Assembly: GCA_964593295.1 (NCBI GenBank)
Contig: CAZQHD010000002.1
Span: 1 to 43,573, forward strand
Length of the DNA stretch: 43,573 bases
From: an uncultured Thermotogae bacterium
GTDB taxonomy: Bacteria > Bipolaricaulota > Bipolaricaulia > UBA7950 > UBA9294
Direction of reading: 5' to 3'
A program made the translations under genes and the position numbers. Within the stretch, counting starts at the first letter, position 1, and each line of letters begins with the position of its first letter. Shown here piece after piece: positions 26,077 to 35,459 of the stretch. A model generated the notes under the pieces. That model saw only the letters and a list, made by a program, of their open reading frames with translations, did not search any database and was not told the DNA's origin.

Positions 26077-26931
26077 CTACCGATCAGGGTCGACCAGAGT
26101 GTACACCGCGCAGTCGGCCAACGGTCGGAATCCGACTCTCTGGTAGATCCGGTTCGATGTGGGGTTGGACAGATCTGTGTACAGCGTACAGAAACGCGAT
26201 CCCTCGGAGAGGAGGTGGCGACAGAGCGCGGACACACAGGCAGTGGCGTACCCCCGTCTACGAGCTTCTTGGGGTGTGTAGACCGGAGCAATTGTCCTTC
26301 CGTTCGACGTTCCGCGGCCGCTGCCAACCATGGAAACCGGTGATCCGTCCTCCCAGACGGCGAGTCGTCCATGTTGGATGAACTGAAGAACGCGATCCTG
26401 CAGATCCGGAGGAGGGGCATCATGGGTTGCTTCCTTGATAAAGGCGGCCCACCAACCGGCCAACAGAGGAACATCCTCTGCCGTCGCCCAGCGCATGCTC
26501 CCGGCAACCGTCGCTGCCTGTTGCACATCGGTCAGGCAGTACAGTCGTTGAGACATACGCAGCGTGAAGAACTGCCCCGTCTCCCGCTGCCATGCTCGGC
26601 AGAATTGCTCCACCAGGGAAGTGGCACCATGGACCGTAGGAAATCTGTGTCCGATGCCGGCCATGTGTTCCGCCACCCGCTCCAGCGCATCGCGTCGCTC
26701 GGGATCGCCATGAAGGATGATCCCATGCGGAGGCGTATGCGCCACCGCAGCCACCAGACGATCCTTGTCCTGAGCGGACAGGAAGAACGGAGGCTCCTGG
26801 CCGTATGGATGCCCGTCTCGCACGCGCAGCGCCACGCTCAGGATCAAGCTGTGTTCGGCCTCGTGTCTGAGAAGATCGGCCTCAACGACCTCCAGGAACT
26901 CCTCTGCCCTTGGCGTTGTCATGATCCTCAT
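26077..26931 (-). CDS. GNAT family N-acyltransferase with an N-terminal accessory domain
   Basis: The C-terminal acyl-CoA binding core is IAPVYTPQEARRRGYATACVSALCRHLL...NPTSNRIYQRVGF. The start overlaps the CYTH gene stop by 4 nt. Confidence 0.8.
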   Translation of the reverse strand: MRIMTTPRAEEFLEVVEADLLRHEAEHSLILSVALRVRDGHPYGQEPPFFLSAQDKDRLVAAVAHTPPHGIILHGDPERRDALERVAEHMAGIGHRFPTVHGATSLVEQFCRAWQRETGQFFTLRMSQRLYCLTDVQQAATVAGSMRWATAEDVPLLAGWWAAFIKEATHDAPPPDLQDRVLQFIQHGRLAVWEDGSPVSMVGSGRGTSNGRTIAPVYTPQEARRRGYATACVSALCRHLLSEGSRFCTLYTDLSNPTSNRIYQRVGFRPLADCAVYTLVDPDR

Positions 26932-27449
26932 CCTGTCTTCCTCTCCAGAAGATCCATGTAGGCGTTGGCCACCAGATCCTCTCGGGGGATCTGCAGCTGA
27001 GCCATCAGCCCCTGAGCGATTCTCTGGCCCTCGTCAGCAGACTGGTGGGTTGCCAGGATGACTTCCAGCTCGATGAACTCACCCAAGCCGTCTACCGTGT
27101 CCAGATGGACGCGGGTCTGGCCAATGTGGTACAGTCGCCGTCTCTTGGTGACAATCCCACGAAGGGGAAGCACAGATTTCAAGATCCGGGCGAAGGCTTC
27201 TGGATTGCCCGAACGGACGATCTCATAAGTCGAGGTCTTGGCCGAGAACTCATCGGGACGCTCGTAGTAGATCAACTCGCATCGATCAGGCGCGAGCACG
27301 CGTAGCTTCAGACGGCCGTGGGACGTGCCGTAGAAGGTGTCTTCCTGGTTGAGAATCTCTCCCGGGGTGTCGTCGGAGAGCTGCTCGACGCGGGCCCGCA
27401 GGTCGGCCACATCACGCACGCGCGCCTTGATCTCCACGTTTCTCGGCAC
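26928..27449 (-). CDS. CYTH-domain protein (class IV adenylate cyclase / triphosphate tunnel metalloenzyme)
   Basis: The N-terminal ExExK signature is in MPRNVEIKARV. Also QEDTFY, GRLKLR and IELEV strands, typical of CyaB-like CYTH proteins. Length 173 aa. Confidence 0.8.
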   Translation of the reverse strand: MPRNVEIKARVRDVADLRARVEQLSDDTPGEILNQEDTFYGTSHGRLKLRVLAPDRCELIYYERPDEFSAKTSTYEIVRSGNPEAFARILKSVLPLRGIVTKRRRLYHIGQTRVHLDTVDGLGEFIELEVILATHQSADEGQRIAQGLMAQLQIPREDLVANAYMDLLERKTG

Positions 27450-27622
27450 GTTCGCTCCTTCCGGGCATCGGCCGCTTCTTTGCGGTGGGATTTCTGTCCG
27501 TCACCTGAGCGGTTCCTTCTGCAGTGCCCAAGAACGTTTCCGTGATGAGACAGCCTGCCTCGACGCTGCGACTCCTCGACCCCGACGGGAATCAGACTCT
27601 CCCGTTCTGTGCAGTCTAGCGG

Positions 27623-28267
27623 CTACTCAAGCGCTGTCACCAGGAGGCTCTCGAACGCCATGCGTGCATCGGTGGCCCCATCATACGTTCGGCAATAGAC
27701 GCCGACGCGACCAGAGGCCACCGATGCATCGACCGTCTCATGGACTTGCTGGCCGTTCACGAAGAACCTCAGGGTGCTTCCGTGCGCTATGACTGAGAGG
27801 GTATTGCTTGTTGTCCCCTTGACGATCGCGTCGGATGATGTCCAACCAACCAGTTGGACGAACTCCCCCGCGAACTGCTTCCAGACGCTGTACGTGCCGC
27901 CGGGACCGATGCGAAATCCGTAGTAATTGTCCCAGTCTACGATCCGAAAGAGGACTCCGGATGCACAGAGGTTGCTCTGTCCGCTGATGTGGGTCACCTC
28001 CACATCCAGCCGGAAATCGCTGAACGGTCCCTGTTGGATGTTCTGCGTCCCGGTCCACCGAGCTTCCGAAGTTTTAAAGAGGACGTGATACCTCCCCGCC
28101 TCAATCCACTTCTTGGTGTTGTCATCCTCTGTTTGACTCCATTGGGCTGCCGTCCCTCCAGAGAACGTCTCTTGGTACAGGACCGTTGGCCCGGTGCTGA
28201 AGAACGCACATCCCGAGAGGGCTAGCATCAACGCACCCACCAACACAATCCATGTCCTCCGTCGCAT
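27623..28267 (-). CDS. lipoprotein with a concanavalin-A-like (LamG/DUF1080-type) domain
   Basis: The ATG at 28267 follows GAAGGAGGG. Lipobox LALSGC. Jelly-roll-like pattern FRLDVEVTHISG...GVLFRIVDWDNYYGFRIGPGGTYSVWK...LRFFVNGQQV. Confidence 0.55.
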   Translation of the reverse strand: MRRRTWIVLVGALMLALSGCAFFSTGPTVLYQETFSGGTAAQWSQTEDDNTKKWIEAGRYHVLFKTSEARWTGTQNIQQGPFSDFRLDVEVTHISGQSNLCASGVLFRIVDWDNYYGFRIGPGGTYSVWKQFAGEFVQLVGWTSSDAIVKGTTSNTLSVIAHGSTLRFFVNGQQVHETVDASVASGRVGVYCRTYDGATDARMAFESLLVTALE

Positions 28268-28425
28268 AACACCCTCCTTCTGCGCATTGAGCGCACCTCC
28301 GCAGTCCACGTCGCTTCCCGACGCTGGTTTCAGGGAGTCGAGAGATCCTATCGTGGCAAGGGGGGAGAGGACAACTTCCCTCCAAGGTGACGAGGATTTG
28401 TATGCGGAGCGTGCCCGGCGTGATG

Positions 28426-29424
28426 CTAAGACGGATCGGTGTTACGGATCTTGATCCGAATCTGGTCGAAGCTCCTGCCTCCCGCGTTGTCATACAGCAG
28501 CAGCGTGATCGTGACAGTCTCCCCTTCGCGGTGATGCGACGCTGGCGCGTGATAGATCGGCCTCAACGTGTCCGTATGTTCGAGCCGCCCTTTGCTGGCC
28601 GACCACACGAAGCAGACGGGCTGACAGGCGGGATTGCGGACAGAGCCAATCAGCTGCACGCTTGTTTCCTCATCGATCTGGGCAGGGTAGTGCCGATTGA
28701 TAGACGGTTTGGCGCGGTCCTTGGGATGGGCGGGCACGGTGTCCGTGGGCCAAGCGGTATGCCAAGTCGCCGTGCAGTCGTCGGTTTCAACGCAGGGACA
28801 GGGAACCGCCGTCGGGCAGGCATCGGCGGTCGGGGCATGCGTGATGCACGGGGAGTCACAGGCGATGTCCGGCGTGGCCGGACAAGTGGCCGCCTGTCGG
28901 TCCTGTACACACGGATCCGCGGGCAGACAGACGATGGGGAGCGTATCCCTCTTGGGAGGGCAAGCAAGGGGATTCCGGACGGTCAGGACCATCCGGTCTG
29001 AGGCGCTCACGCCGTGTGCGTTGGTGGCGGTGAGGGTCAGGATGACCTTCGTCTCACAGCCGCAGGAAGAGGGGGCCGTGAACGCGGTTGTGGGGGATCC
29101 AGGGTTCTCGAAGACGGCCGGAGCTCCCTGCACGGACCACGCAAAGGTCAGCGGAAGCCCGTTGGGATCATGTCCTTCTCCGGCAAGCCGGATTGTCTCG
29201 CGCTCATGGACCATCCGATCCAGCCCTGCACGGACCACCGGAGCCGGCGTGGAGGGGGGTGAGGTTGAGGAGGAGACAGGTGTGCTCGTTGACGGGGGCA
29301 CGGACGCAGCCGCTACGACAGGCTCTGTGGCCGCCGGGTCTCCCGACGGAAGCAAGAAGAGCAGGCCAAGAAGGAGCACAACGCCTCCCACCAGCAGGAG
29401 TACTGTCGAATCGGTGTTGTTCAT
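28426..29424 (-). CDS. membrane-anchored protein with two PKD/Ig-like domains flanking a Cys-rich linker
   Basis: N-terminal TM helix VLLLVGGVVLLLGLLFLL and a Pro/Ser/Thr linker. An Ig-like domain (LTFAWSVQGAP...LTLTATNAHGVSASD). About 70 residues with 12 Cys. A second Ig-like domain (CFVWSASKG...ITLLLYDNAGG). Confidence 0.55.
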   Translation of the reverse strand: MNNTDSTVLLLVGGVVLLLGLLFLLPSGDPAATEPVVAAASVPPSTSTPVSSSTSPPSTPAPVVRAGLDRMVHERETIRLAGEGHDPNGLPLTFAWSVQGAPAVFENPGSPTTAFTAPSSCGCETKVILTLTATNAHGVSASDRMVLTVRNPLACPPKRDTLPIVCLPADPCVQDRQAATCPATPDIACDSPCITHAPTADACPTAVPCPCVETDDCTATWHTAWPTDTVPAHPKDRAKPSINRHYPAQIDEETSVQLIGSVRNPACQPVCFVWSASKGRLEHTDTLRPIYHAPASHHREGETVTITLLLYDNAGGRSFDQIRIKIRNTDPS

Positions 29425-29679
29425 GGTCCCTTCCTTCCGTGTTTGGGTCCGCGACGATTCCTTGTATGACGACGCGGCCGGTCCCGTTGTGATCGTAGGT
29501 GTTTGGTGGGAGAATGGGCACGGAGTCTGTCTCTAAGACGTGTGTCATTTGTCGCCTGCTGACAGGGCTTGAGGTCGCTTCCGTGTTGTTGCTTTGCCAT
29601 GGATGGACTAGAGTCCTGTGACAGACTCTCCGCGGGACACAACGTGAGTGCATTGCTGCGATGTGAAGGAAGGGAAGCT

Positions 29680-30525
29680 ATGGAGGGTGCTCTCTATCTT
29701 GTATCCATGCCGATCGGCAACCTCTCGGATATCACCCATCGAGCCGTGGAGACCCTTCAGGCCGTAGACTTCATCGTCGCCGAGGACACACGGACAACGA
29801 AGCGTGTGCTCGAACGATACGGAGTCTTGACACCGTTCTTCTCCTCGGTCTACCAGGGGGCCGAGCGCCAACGGATCCCACCGATCCTTGAGAAGCTGGC
29901 AGAGGGCAGACGCCTTGCTCTGGTCTCGGACGCCGGCACCCCCCTGATCTCCGATCCCGGATTTCCGCTGGTGCGGGCTTCGCTTGACGCCGGCCATGTT
30001 GTGGTCCCCGTTCCGGGAGCATGTGCCGCGATCGCAGGACTGACCGCGTCGGGGCTTCCCACGGACCGGTTCTACTTCGGAGGCGCTCTTCCACGATCGC
30101 GAGAGGCGAGGAAGGAGGTCTTCGCGAGCCTTGCCTTTCGCCGGGAGACGGCCTTGTTCTACGAGTCCTGTCACCGCATTCTTGAGTCGATGAAACTGCT
30201 CTACGAAGCGTCTCCTTCACGGAGGGTTGTGCTGGCGCGTGAACTGACCAAGCTTCACGAACAGTTCTACCGCGGAACCTCAGAGGATGTTTACCATTGT
30301 CTGGCGGGACAAGCGCGCATACGAGGGGAGTTCGTACTCTTGGTGAAAGGGAACGACGCCCCGCCCACGTCCGAGGAGCAGGCGGCACGGCGCGTAACGG
30401 CGCTGCTTCGATCGGAAGGCGTACCGAACAAGACCATCCACCAGGTCCTCGTTGACGGGATGGGAATCCCGCGCAATGAGGCGTATCGATGGGTTCACGT
30501 GGAGGAAGACGATCGGCTGCGCTAG
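29680..30525 (+). CDS. rsmI: 16S rRNA (cytidine1402-2'-O)-methyltransferase RsmI
   Basis: LYLVSMPIGNLSDITHRAVETLQAVDFIVAEDTRTTKRVLERYG, LVSDAGTPLISDPGF and PGACAAIAGL are tetrapyrrole-methylase-fold RsmI blocks. The ATG at 29680 follows GAAGGAAGGGA. Confidence 0.9.
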   Translation: MEGALYLVSMPIGNLSDITHRAVETLQAVDFIVAEDTRTTKRVLERYGVLTPFFSSVYQGAERQRIPPILEKLAEGRRLALVSDAGTPLISDPGFPLVRASLDAGHVVVPVPGACAAIAGLTASGLPTDRFYFGGALPRSREARKEVFASLAFRRETALFYESCHRILESMKLLYEASPSRRVVLARELTKLHEQFYRGTSEDVYHCLAGQARIRGEFVLLVKGNDAPPTSEEQAARRVTALLRSEGVPNKTIHQVLVDGMGIPRNEAYRWVHVEEDDRLR

Positions 30526-31001
30526 GTGTGTTTGTCGGCCACTGCAGTGGCCGCGTACGCATACGGCTTGATGCGCACGGCCAATCCGTTGCCCAGGATC
30601 ATCCCTACGACCTCATCGATCAGTTCTTTGGTTCGCCCGTTTTCTCCGATGTCGACATGAACCTCAAGGTTGAACTGGAGAGCGGACGTTGTCTCCAACT
30701 CGGCCATCACGCGCTGGGCCAGCTCAAAGGAGAGCCATGCCTCGCGCCAGATCTGGTGGCGCAACGTCGGGGGACGTTTCTCTCTCCTCGTTGTCCAGAA
30801 GTAACGTCCTCCATGTCCTACCCTGTGTAAAACGATGGCGCTGACCAGGACCAGCTGCTCGGAAGAGGTGGAAGAGTCTGTCCCGATGAGCAGTTCGAAT
30901 CGATCTTTCGGATGCGCCTCCATCGACTCTACCAGCGTCGATCGTACGTCGTCGAACGTCATCTCTCCCAGACTAGGATTGTGAAACACCTGCGCACACA
31001 T
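30522..31001 (-). CDS. YkuK/DUF458-like RNase H-fold protein
   Basis: FELLIGTDSSTSSEQLVLVSAIVLHRVGHGGRYFW and LEVHVDIGENGRTKELI match the pattern I recall for the YkuK family. Confidence 0.6.
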   Translation of the reverse strand: MCAQVFHNPSLGEMTFDDVRSTLVESMEAHPKDRFELLIGTDSSTSSEQLVLVSAIVLHRVGHGGRYFWTTRREKRPPTLRHQIWREAWLSFELAQRVMAELETTSALQFNLEVHVDIGENGRTKELIDEVVGMILGNGLAVRIKPYAYAATAVADKHT

Positions 31002-31031
31002 GAACCATCCTAGCCCAGGGGACCGATGGGG

Positions 31032-32438
31032 TCAACTGCCCGGAAGACGAACGATGAACTGCGCGCCGCCGCCGGAGCGGTTCGTAGCCGAGATCGAGCC
31101 TCCATGAGCTTCCACCCATTGCTTGACGATGGCCAACCCCAATCCACTCCCGCCAGACCGTCCGCGAGCCGGATCCGCTCGGTAGAATCGCTCGAAGAGG
31201 TGCGGAAGGTCGATCGGGCGGATCCCCGATCCGCTGTCTGCGACGATCATCTCGATCTGGTCTCCTGCTTGGTGGATGCGGATGAACACGTCGCCGTTCT
31301 TGGGCGTATGGCGGAGCGCATTGCTGAGCAAATTGGCGATGACCTGTCGGAAGCGCTTTCGATCCAATCGGATCTTGGGGAGCCCGTCAGAGACGTTGAA
31401 ATGCAGTTTCGGCGCGTCCTCTCTGGAGAGAAACGCCATCTCCGCGACCTGTTGTACCAGATCGACGAGGTCCACAGGCTCCTTGTCCAGCCGAAGCTCT
31501 CCCGCTTCGGCCAGGGCCAGATCTCGCAGATCGTCGATCAGTCGCCCCAGGTGCAGGGTCTCCTCATAGATCGGGGCAATGGACTCCTCAGAGGCCTCGT
31601 AGATCCCGTCCAGGATCGCCTCCAATGTCCCCTGGATGATCGTGACCGGAGTGCGGATCTCGTGGGCAATGTCCGCTGTCATCGTCTGACGGACGGTCTC
31701 CGACCGTTTCAGACTCTCCAGCATCTGGTTGAACGACTCTCCCAGGCGACCGATCTCATCATGGGTTCGCAGCTTGACTTTGTCGGGAAGGGTTCCTTCT
31801 GTGACGCGCTCCGTGGCGCGCGAAAGCGCATGAAGTGGACGGAGGATCTGGACCATCAGGAGGGTTGACAAGAGCAGTGAGAGACCGATGGCGATGCCCC
31901 CACCGATCAGTGCGGACTCGGCCACCGTGGAGAGGAAGACAGCCTCGGCGGCGCCGGGATTGCCGATGTCTCCGACCACAAGTGTCCCCTCGCGTCGTCC
32001 TCCCACATGGATCGGGATGCCGCGACTCAACTCCTCTTCGTCCAGAGGGAGCACCGCCCCACGGGAGTCGAGGCGGACGAACGTGTTCAGCCATTCCCAG
32101 CTGTTGGTGGCGATGAAGCTGCCGTCCCGCTCGAACAGGCCGAAGGGGACGTCGAAGATGGAGATTTTTCCTTCCAGACTCTGCTCTCCCAGTGTCACTA
32201 CATACGGTCGGGTCAGGACCATCTCCCCCACACCAACCCAACCCCCTGTCTCCTCGCGGTAGTTGGCGAGCAGGGCCGCCACCTCGGCCGCGAACTTCTC
32301 ACGGGAAGTCCGCCGGTACTCGTCAAATTGCGTGGGGATGGACCACAGGATGAGCCCATAGACCAGGCCGACAGCCAGCAGGATGACGACGATGAACGTC
32401 ACCCCGAGCTTGGCGGCCAGGGGAATCCGACGCTTCAT
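31032..32438 (-). CDS. two-component sensor histidine kinase (TM-sensor-HAMP-HisKA-HATPase)
   Basis: H-box IAHEIRTPVTIIQG, N-box LLSNALRHTP, G1 VADSGSGI, G2 GGSGLGLAIVK. Two TM segments flank a roughly 150-aa sensor region. Confidence 0.9.
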   Translation of the reverse strand: MKRRIPLAAKLGVTFIVVILLAVGLVYGLILWSIPTQFDEYRRTSREKFAAEVAALLANYREETGGWVGVGEMVLTRPYVVTLGEQSLEGKISIFDVPFGLFERDGSFIATNSWEWLNTFVRLDSRGAVLPLDEEELSRGIPIHVGGRREGTLVVGDIGNPGAAEAVFLSTVAESALIGGGIAIGLSLLLSTLLMVQILRPLHALSRATERVTEGTLPDKVKLRTHDEIGRLGESFNQMLESLKRSETVRQTMTADIAHEIRTPVTIIQGTLEAILDGIYEASEESIAPIYEETLHLGRLIDDLRDLALAEAGELRLDKEPVDLVDLVQQVAEMAFLSREDAPKLHFNVSDGLPKIRLDRKRFRQVIANLLSNALRHTPKNGDVFIRIHQAGDQIEMIVADSGSGIRPIDLPHLFERFYRADPARGRSGGSGLGLAIVKQWVEAHGGSISATNRSGGGAQFIVRLPGS

Positions 32439-33122
32439 CTACATCTCCCGCGCGAATCGATACCCCACCCCGTGGACCGTCAGAATGTACTTGGGTGACT
32501 TGGGATCCGGCTCGATCTTGCGCCGCAGGTTCTTGACGTGCGTGTCAACGGTTCGGGCGAACGAATCGTACGTGTATCCCTGGACTTCACGGAGCAGTTG
32601 GAGCCGAGTGAAAACCTGCCCCGGGTGACGGGCGAGGTAGGCCAGCAGATCGAACTCTGTGGGGGTAAGCTCCACCTCTTTGCCATCGACTTTGAGTTCG
32701 CGCATCTTGAGATCCAGCGAAAGGGATCCGGCTTCGATCCGCTCAACCTCGGAGCCCTCCCCGTCAAATCTCCGAAGAACTGCCCGGATCCTGGCCACCA
32801 ACTCCCGCGGACTGAATGGCTTGACGACATAGTCGTCGGCACCGAGTTCCAGGCCGACGACGCGGTCGGCTTCTGAAGCTTTGGCGGTCAGCATGATGAT
32901 GGGCACAGAGGACTTGCTCCGGATGCTTCGGCAGACCTCCAGCCCACTGACTTTCGGCAACATCAGATCGAGGACGATCAGGTCAGGCCCCTTGGCATCA
33001 AATGCACGGAGCGCTTCCTCTCCGTCGAAGGCTGTATACGTCTTGAACCCCTCCCGATCCAAGTAAGCCTTCACAGTTCGAACGATCATCTCTTCATCAT
33101 CAACAATGAGAATCCGCTTCAT
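32439..33122 (-). CDS. OmpR/PhoB-family response regulator
   Basis: Receiver domain MKRILIVDDEE, LIVLDLMLP, IIMLTAKA. Winged helix LTPTEFDLLAYLARHPGQVF...VDTHVKNLRRKIE...ILTVHGVGYRF. The track's longer N-terminus (to 33320) is not receiver-like. Confidence 0.9.
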   Translation of the reverse strand: MKRILIVDDEEMIVRTVKAYLDREGFKTYTAFDGEEALRAFDAKGPDLIVLDLMLPKVSGLEVCRSIRSKSSVPIIMLTAKASEADRVVGLELGADDYVVKPFSPRELVARIRAVLRRFDGEGSEVERIEAGSLSLDLKMRELKVDGKEVELTPTEFDLLAYLARHPGQVFTRLQLLREVQGYTYDSFARTVDTHVKNLRRKIEPDPKSPKYILTVHGVGYRFAREM

Positions 33123-33340
33123 GGCGACGTTTGCACCCCTCGCTTCCGCTTGTGCCGACACCGAACCCTGCCCAAGGCGTTCAGCGATGCAGCCCTGCAT
33201 ACTACAAGTGTGCAAGGCAGAAGTGAAAAAGCCAAGGACGCGGGGTGAGGATTCGTCGAAGACGGAAGCCGTGTCCCATTTTGCGTTTGAGTGACTCCAC
33301 ACGTACCATGCAGCATCCATGAGGAGGGATTCCGAGTACG

Positions 33341-34411
33341 ATGAAACGCATACTGATTGTCTCGACCGAGCAACATTCAGGCAAGAGCCTGCTGTCGATC
33401 GCGCTCGGGAGGGCGTTTCAAGACCGATCCCTACGCACAGCGTACATGAAGCCGATCAGCTATGAGGTGTCGTACTCAACCGGGGAACCGGTCGACCGAG
33501 ATGCTGACACGATTCGCCAGCTACTCAGGTCGGAGGATGCCTTGCGCGACGTAGCGCCCGTTCCTCTCGAAGGGACATTTCTTCGAGAGGCGATAGAATC
33601 CGGCGATCGTGGATTTCGACAGCGGATTCACGATGCGTTCGGTCGAGTGTCCAAAGATCGAGATGTCGTCATTCTGGAGGGCCGAAACTACCTGGGATTG
33701 GGCGTCAGCGCCGGTCTGAGCGATCCGGATCTGGCCGAGCTCCTCGATGCCGACATCCTTCTGATCACGCAGTATGACGGGGAAGAGGCGATCGATCGGA
33801 TCATCTGCGCGTTGCGCTTGTTCGATGGCGCCCCGGTGATGGGCGTCATCCTCAAGGATGTCCCGATGGATCGTTCGTACAACGCGCTCTCTGAGGTCTT
33901 GGTCTCTTTCCTCGCCAGTCGGGGGGCGGAAGTACTGGGGATTGTCCCGTTCGACCGGCATCTGAAGATCGTCAGCTCGGAGGAGGTCGTCAAGCGCCTG
34001 GGCGGGCGTCTTCTGACGGACCCGTCGATCGAGCGGGAGATCCGGCACTTCGTGATCAGCGCGATGGGTCGAGAGGAATCCCTGCGTCTGTTTCGTCGTA
34101 CGCCTGACATGGCGGTCATCACCGGCGGGGACCGAGAAGACATCCAGCGGGCTGCATTGGAGGTTCCCAGTCTACGGTGCCTGATCTTGACGGGGATCCA
34201 TCGGCCGACCCAGGACGTGATTCACCTCGCCAATGAGACAGAAGTGCCCGTCATCCTTGGCGGGCAGAACACACTCGCGACCGCAACCCTGTGCGAAGAG
34301 ATGCTGCAGCGAACGTGGATTCGGCCGGGTCCGGCTCTGGACTACGCCGCCGATTATGTCCGCTACAACATCGATGTGGATAGGATCCTGGAGAAGGCCC
34401 GAGATCACTGA
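33341..34411 (+). CDS. Pta-N-terminal-like protein (CobQ/MinD-type P-loop domain plus DRTGG domain)
   Basis: MKRILIVSTEQHSGKSLLSIALG nucleotide-binding start, and a DRTGG-type block MAVITGGDREDIQRAAL. No phosphotransacetylase catalytic domain follows. Confidence 0.7.
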   Translation: MKRILIVSTEQHSGKSLLSIALGRAFQDRSLRTAYMKPISYEVSYSTGEPVDRDADTIRQLLRSEDALRDVAPVPLEGTFLREAIESGDRGFRQRIHDAFGRVSKDRDVVILEGRNYLGLGVSAGLSDPDLAELLDADILLITQYDGEEAIDRIICALRLFDGAPVMGVILKDVPMDRSYNALSEVLVSFLASRGAEVLGIVPFDRHLKIVSSEEVVKRLGGRLLTDPSIEREIRHFVISAMGREESLRLFRRTPDMAVITGGDREDIQRAALEVPSLRCLILTGIHRPTQDVIHLANETEVPVILGGQNTLATATLCEEMLQRTWIRPGPALDYAADYVRYNIDVDRILEKARDH

Positions 34412-34824
34412 TCCCGCTGGATCTCGTAGGAAGATGTGATCTCTGCTGTGCCTCGAAGCGTGCCGGCCACTGGGCAGTACTTCGACAACGATAGGTCAAT
34501 CGCCTTCGCCACATTCTCTTCCGGAACGTCTCCGGTGAGCCGATAGAGCAGGTGGATCTTCGTGATCTCCTTGGGATACTCCGAGGCACGTTCATCCCTG
34601 ATCTCTATGGAGAAACCCCGCGGCTCCGTCTTCATCTTTCGCAGCAGGGAGAGGACATCCATTCCTGTGCATCCACCCAGCGAACTGAGAAGAGCCTCGA
34701 TCGGAGACGGGGCGGCCTCTGCTCCCCCGGCCTTCACGGAGGCGTCCATCTTGATCGGATGTCCGCTTGCGCCCTCCCCCACAAAGGCCATTCCCCCTAC
34801 ATGCTTCACGTGCGTGGTTCCCAT
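34405..34824 (-). CDS. OsmC family peroxiredoxin-like protein
   Basis: APSPIEALLSSLGGCTGMDV and LSKYCPVAGTL carry the two conserved OsmC/Ohr cysteines. Length 139 aa. Confidence 0.85.
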   Translation of the reverse strand: MGTTHVKHVGGMAFVGEGASGHPIKMDASVKAGGAEAAPSPIEALLSSLGGCTGMDVLSLLRKMKTEPRGFSIEIRDERASEYPKEITKIHLLYRLTGDVPEENVAKAIDLSLSKYCPVAGTLRGTAEITSSYEIQRDQ

Positions 34825-34841
34825 CTGTCTCCTCCCTATTC

Positions 34842-34869
34842 ATTGAATCAAAATATCTAAATGATTGAA
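34842..34869. promoter_or_regulatory. candidate ArsR-family operator in an AT-rich divergent promoter
   Basis: TTGAATCA (34843-34850) and TGATTGAA (34862-34869) form a 7/8 inverted repeat with an 11-nt spacer. ATTGAA also recurs as a direct repeat 22 nt apart. This is the only strongly AT-rich patch in the region, and it lies between the osmC-like and arsR-like starts. Confidence 0.4.
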
Positions 34870-34925
34870 ATTATACCCCTCGTACTGTACCCTGTGTGCC
34901 TCACAGAGTAAAGGTGGTCCAGGGG

Positions 34926-35225
34926 ATGAACGAGCGTGAACGCCGACAGGAGTGGGCCCATGTGTTCTCCGCGTTGGCCAGCGAGCATCGTCTGCGGTTG
35001 GTGGAGCTTCTCTCCGACGAGTCGATTCGTTGCCAGGAGGAGATGCAGGACCACCTCCAGCTGAGTCAGCCCGCCATCTCGTACCACCTTTCCAAACTGG
35101 AACAAGCGGGAGTTCTCCTGAAAGAGAGGCAGGGAACCCGCAACTGTTATCGAGTGCGAGAGGGAGTCGGCGAGCTCGTTCGCCTCATCTCGAAGGAGGG
35201 AGAAGACCCATGGATCGAAAGGTGA
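34926..35225 (+). CDS. ArsR/SmtB family transcriptional regulator
   Basis: FSALASEHRLRLVELL plus HTH MQDHLQLSQPAISYHLSKLEQAGVL and the wing RQGTRNCYRV. An alternative GTG start is at 34896. Confidence 0.85.
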   Translation: MNERERRQEWAHVFSALASEHRLRLVELLSDESIRCQEEMQDHLQLSQPAISYHLSKLEQAGVLLKERQGTRNCYRVREGVGELVRLISKEGEDPWIER

Positions 35226-35449
35226 CTGTCTATAGCACGCCCACATGTTCTTGGTGTCAAGTGGCCAAGGAGCACCTCCGGACGCACGGGATACCGTTCG
35301 AGGATGTGGACGTCTCGACGGACATGGTCCGAGCGCGGGAGATGGTGGAGCAAAGCGGGCAGTACGGAGTTCCCGTCATCGACATCGATGGGGAGATCGT
35401 CATCGGGTTCGATCGGGCTCGGATTGACTCACTGCTCGGCCTTCAGTGA
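35210..35449 (+). CDS. glutaredoxin-like protein (YruB/NrdH-like, CxxC)
   Basis: MDRKVTVYSTPTCSWCQVAKEHL (CSWC active site) and GVPVIDIDGEIVIGFD. GAAGGAGGG precedes the ATG. The gene overlaps the arsR-like 3' end by 16 nt. Confidence 0.85.
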   Translation: MDRKVTVYSTPTCSWCQVAKEHLRTHGIPFEDVDVSTDMVRAREMVEQSGQYGVPVIDIDGEIVIGFDRARIDSLLGLQ

Positions 35450-35459
35450 TTGACACGTC

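Noticed and set aside
27560-27622. Hairpin ACGGGA-N9-TCCCGT downstream of the lipoprotein gene, considered as a terminator. Weak stems at 19090-19110 and 24592-24624 were considered in the same way.
   Set aside because: The stems are only 4-6 bp and have no flanking U-tract on the relevant strand.
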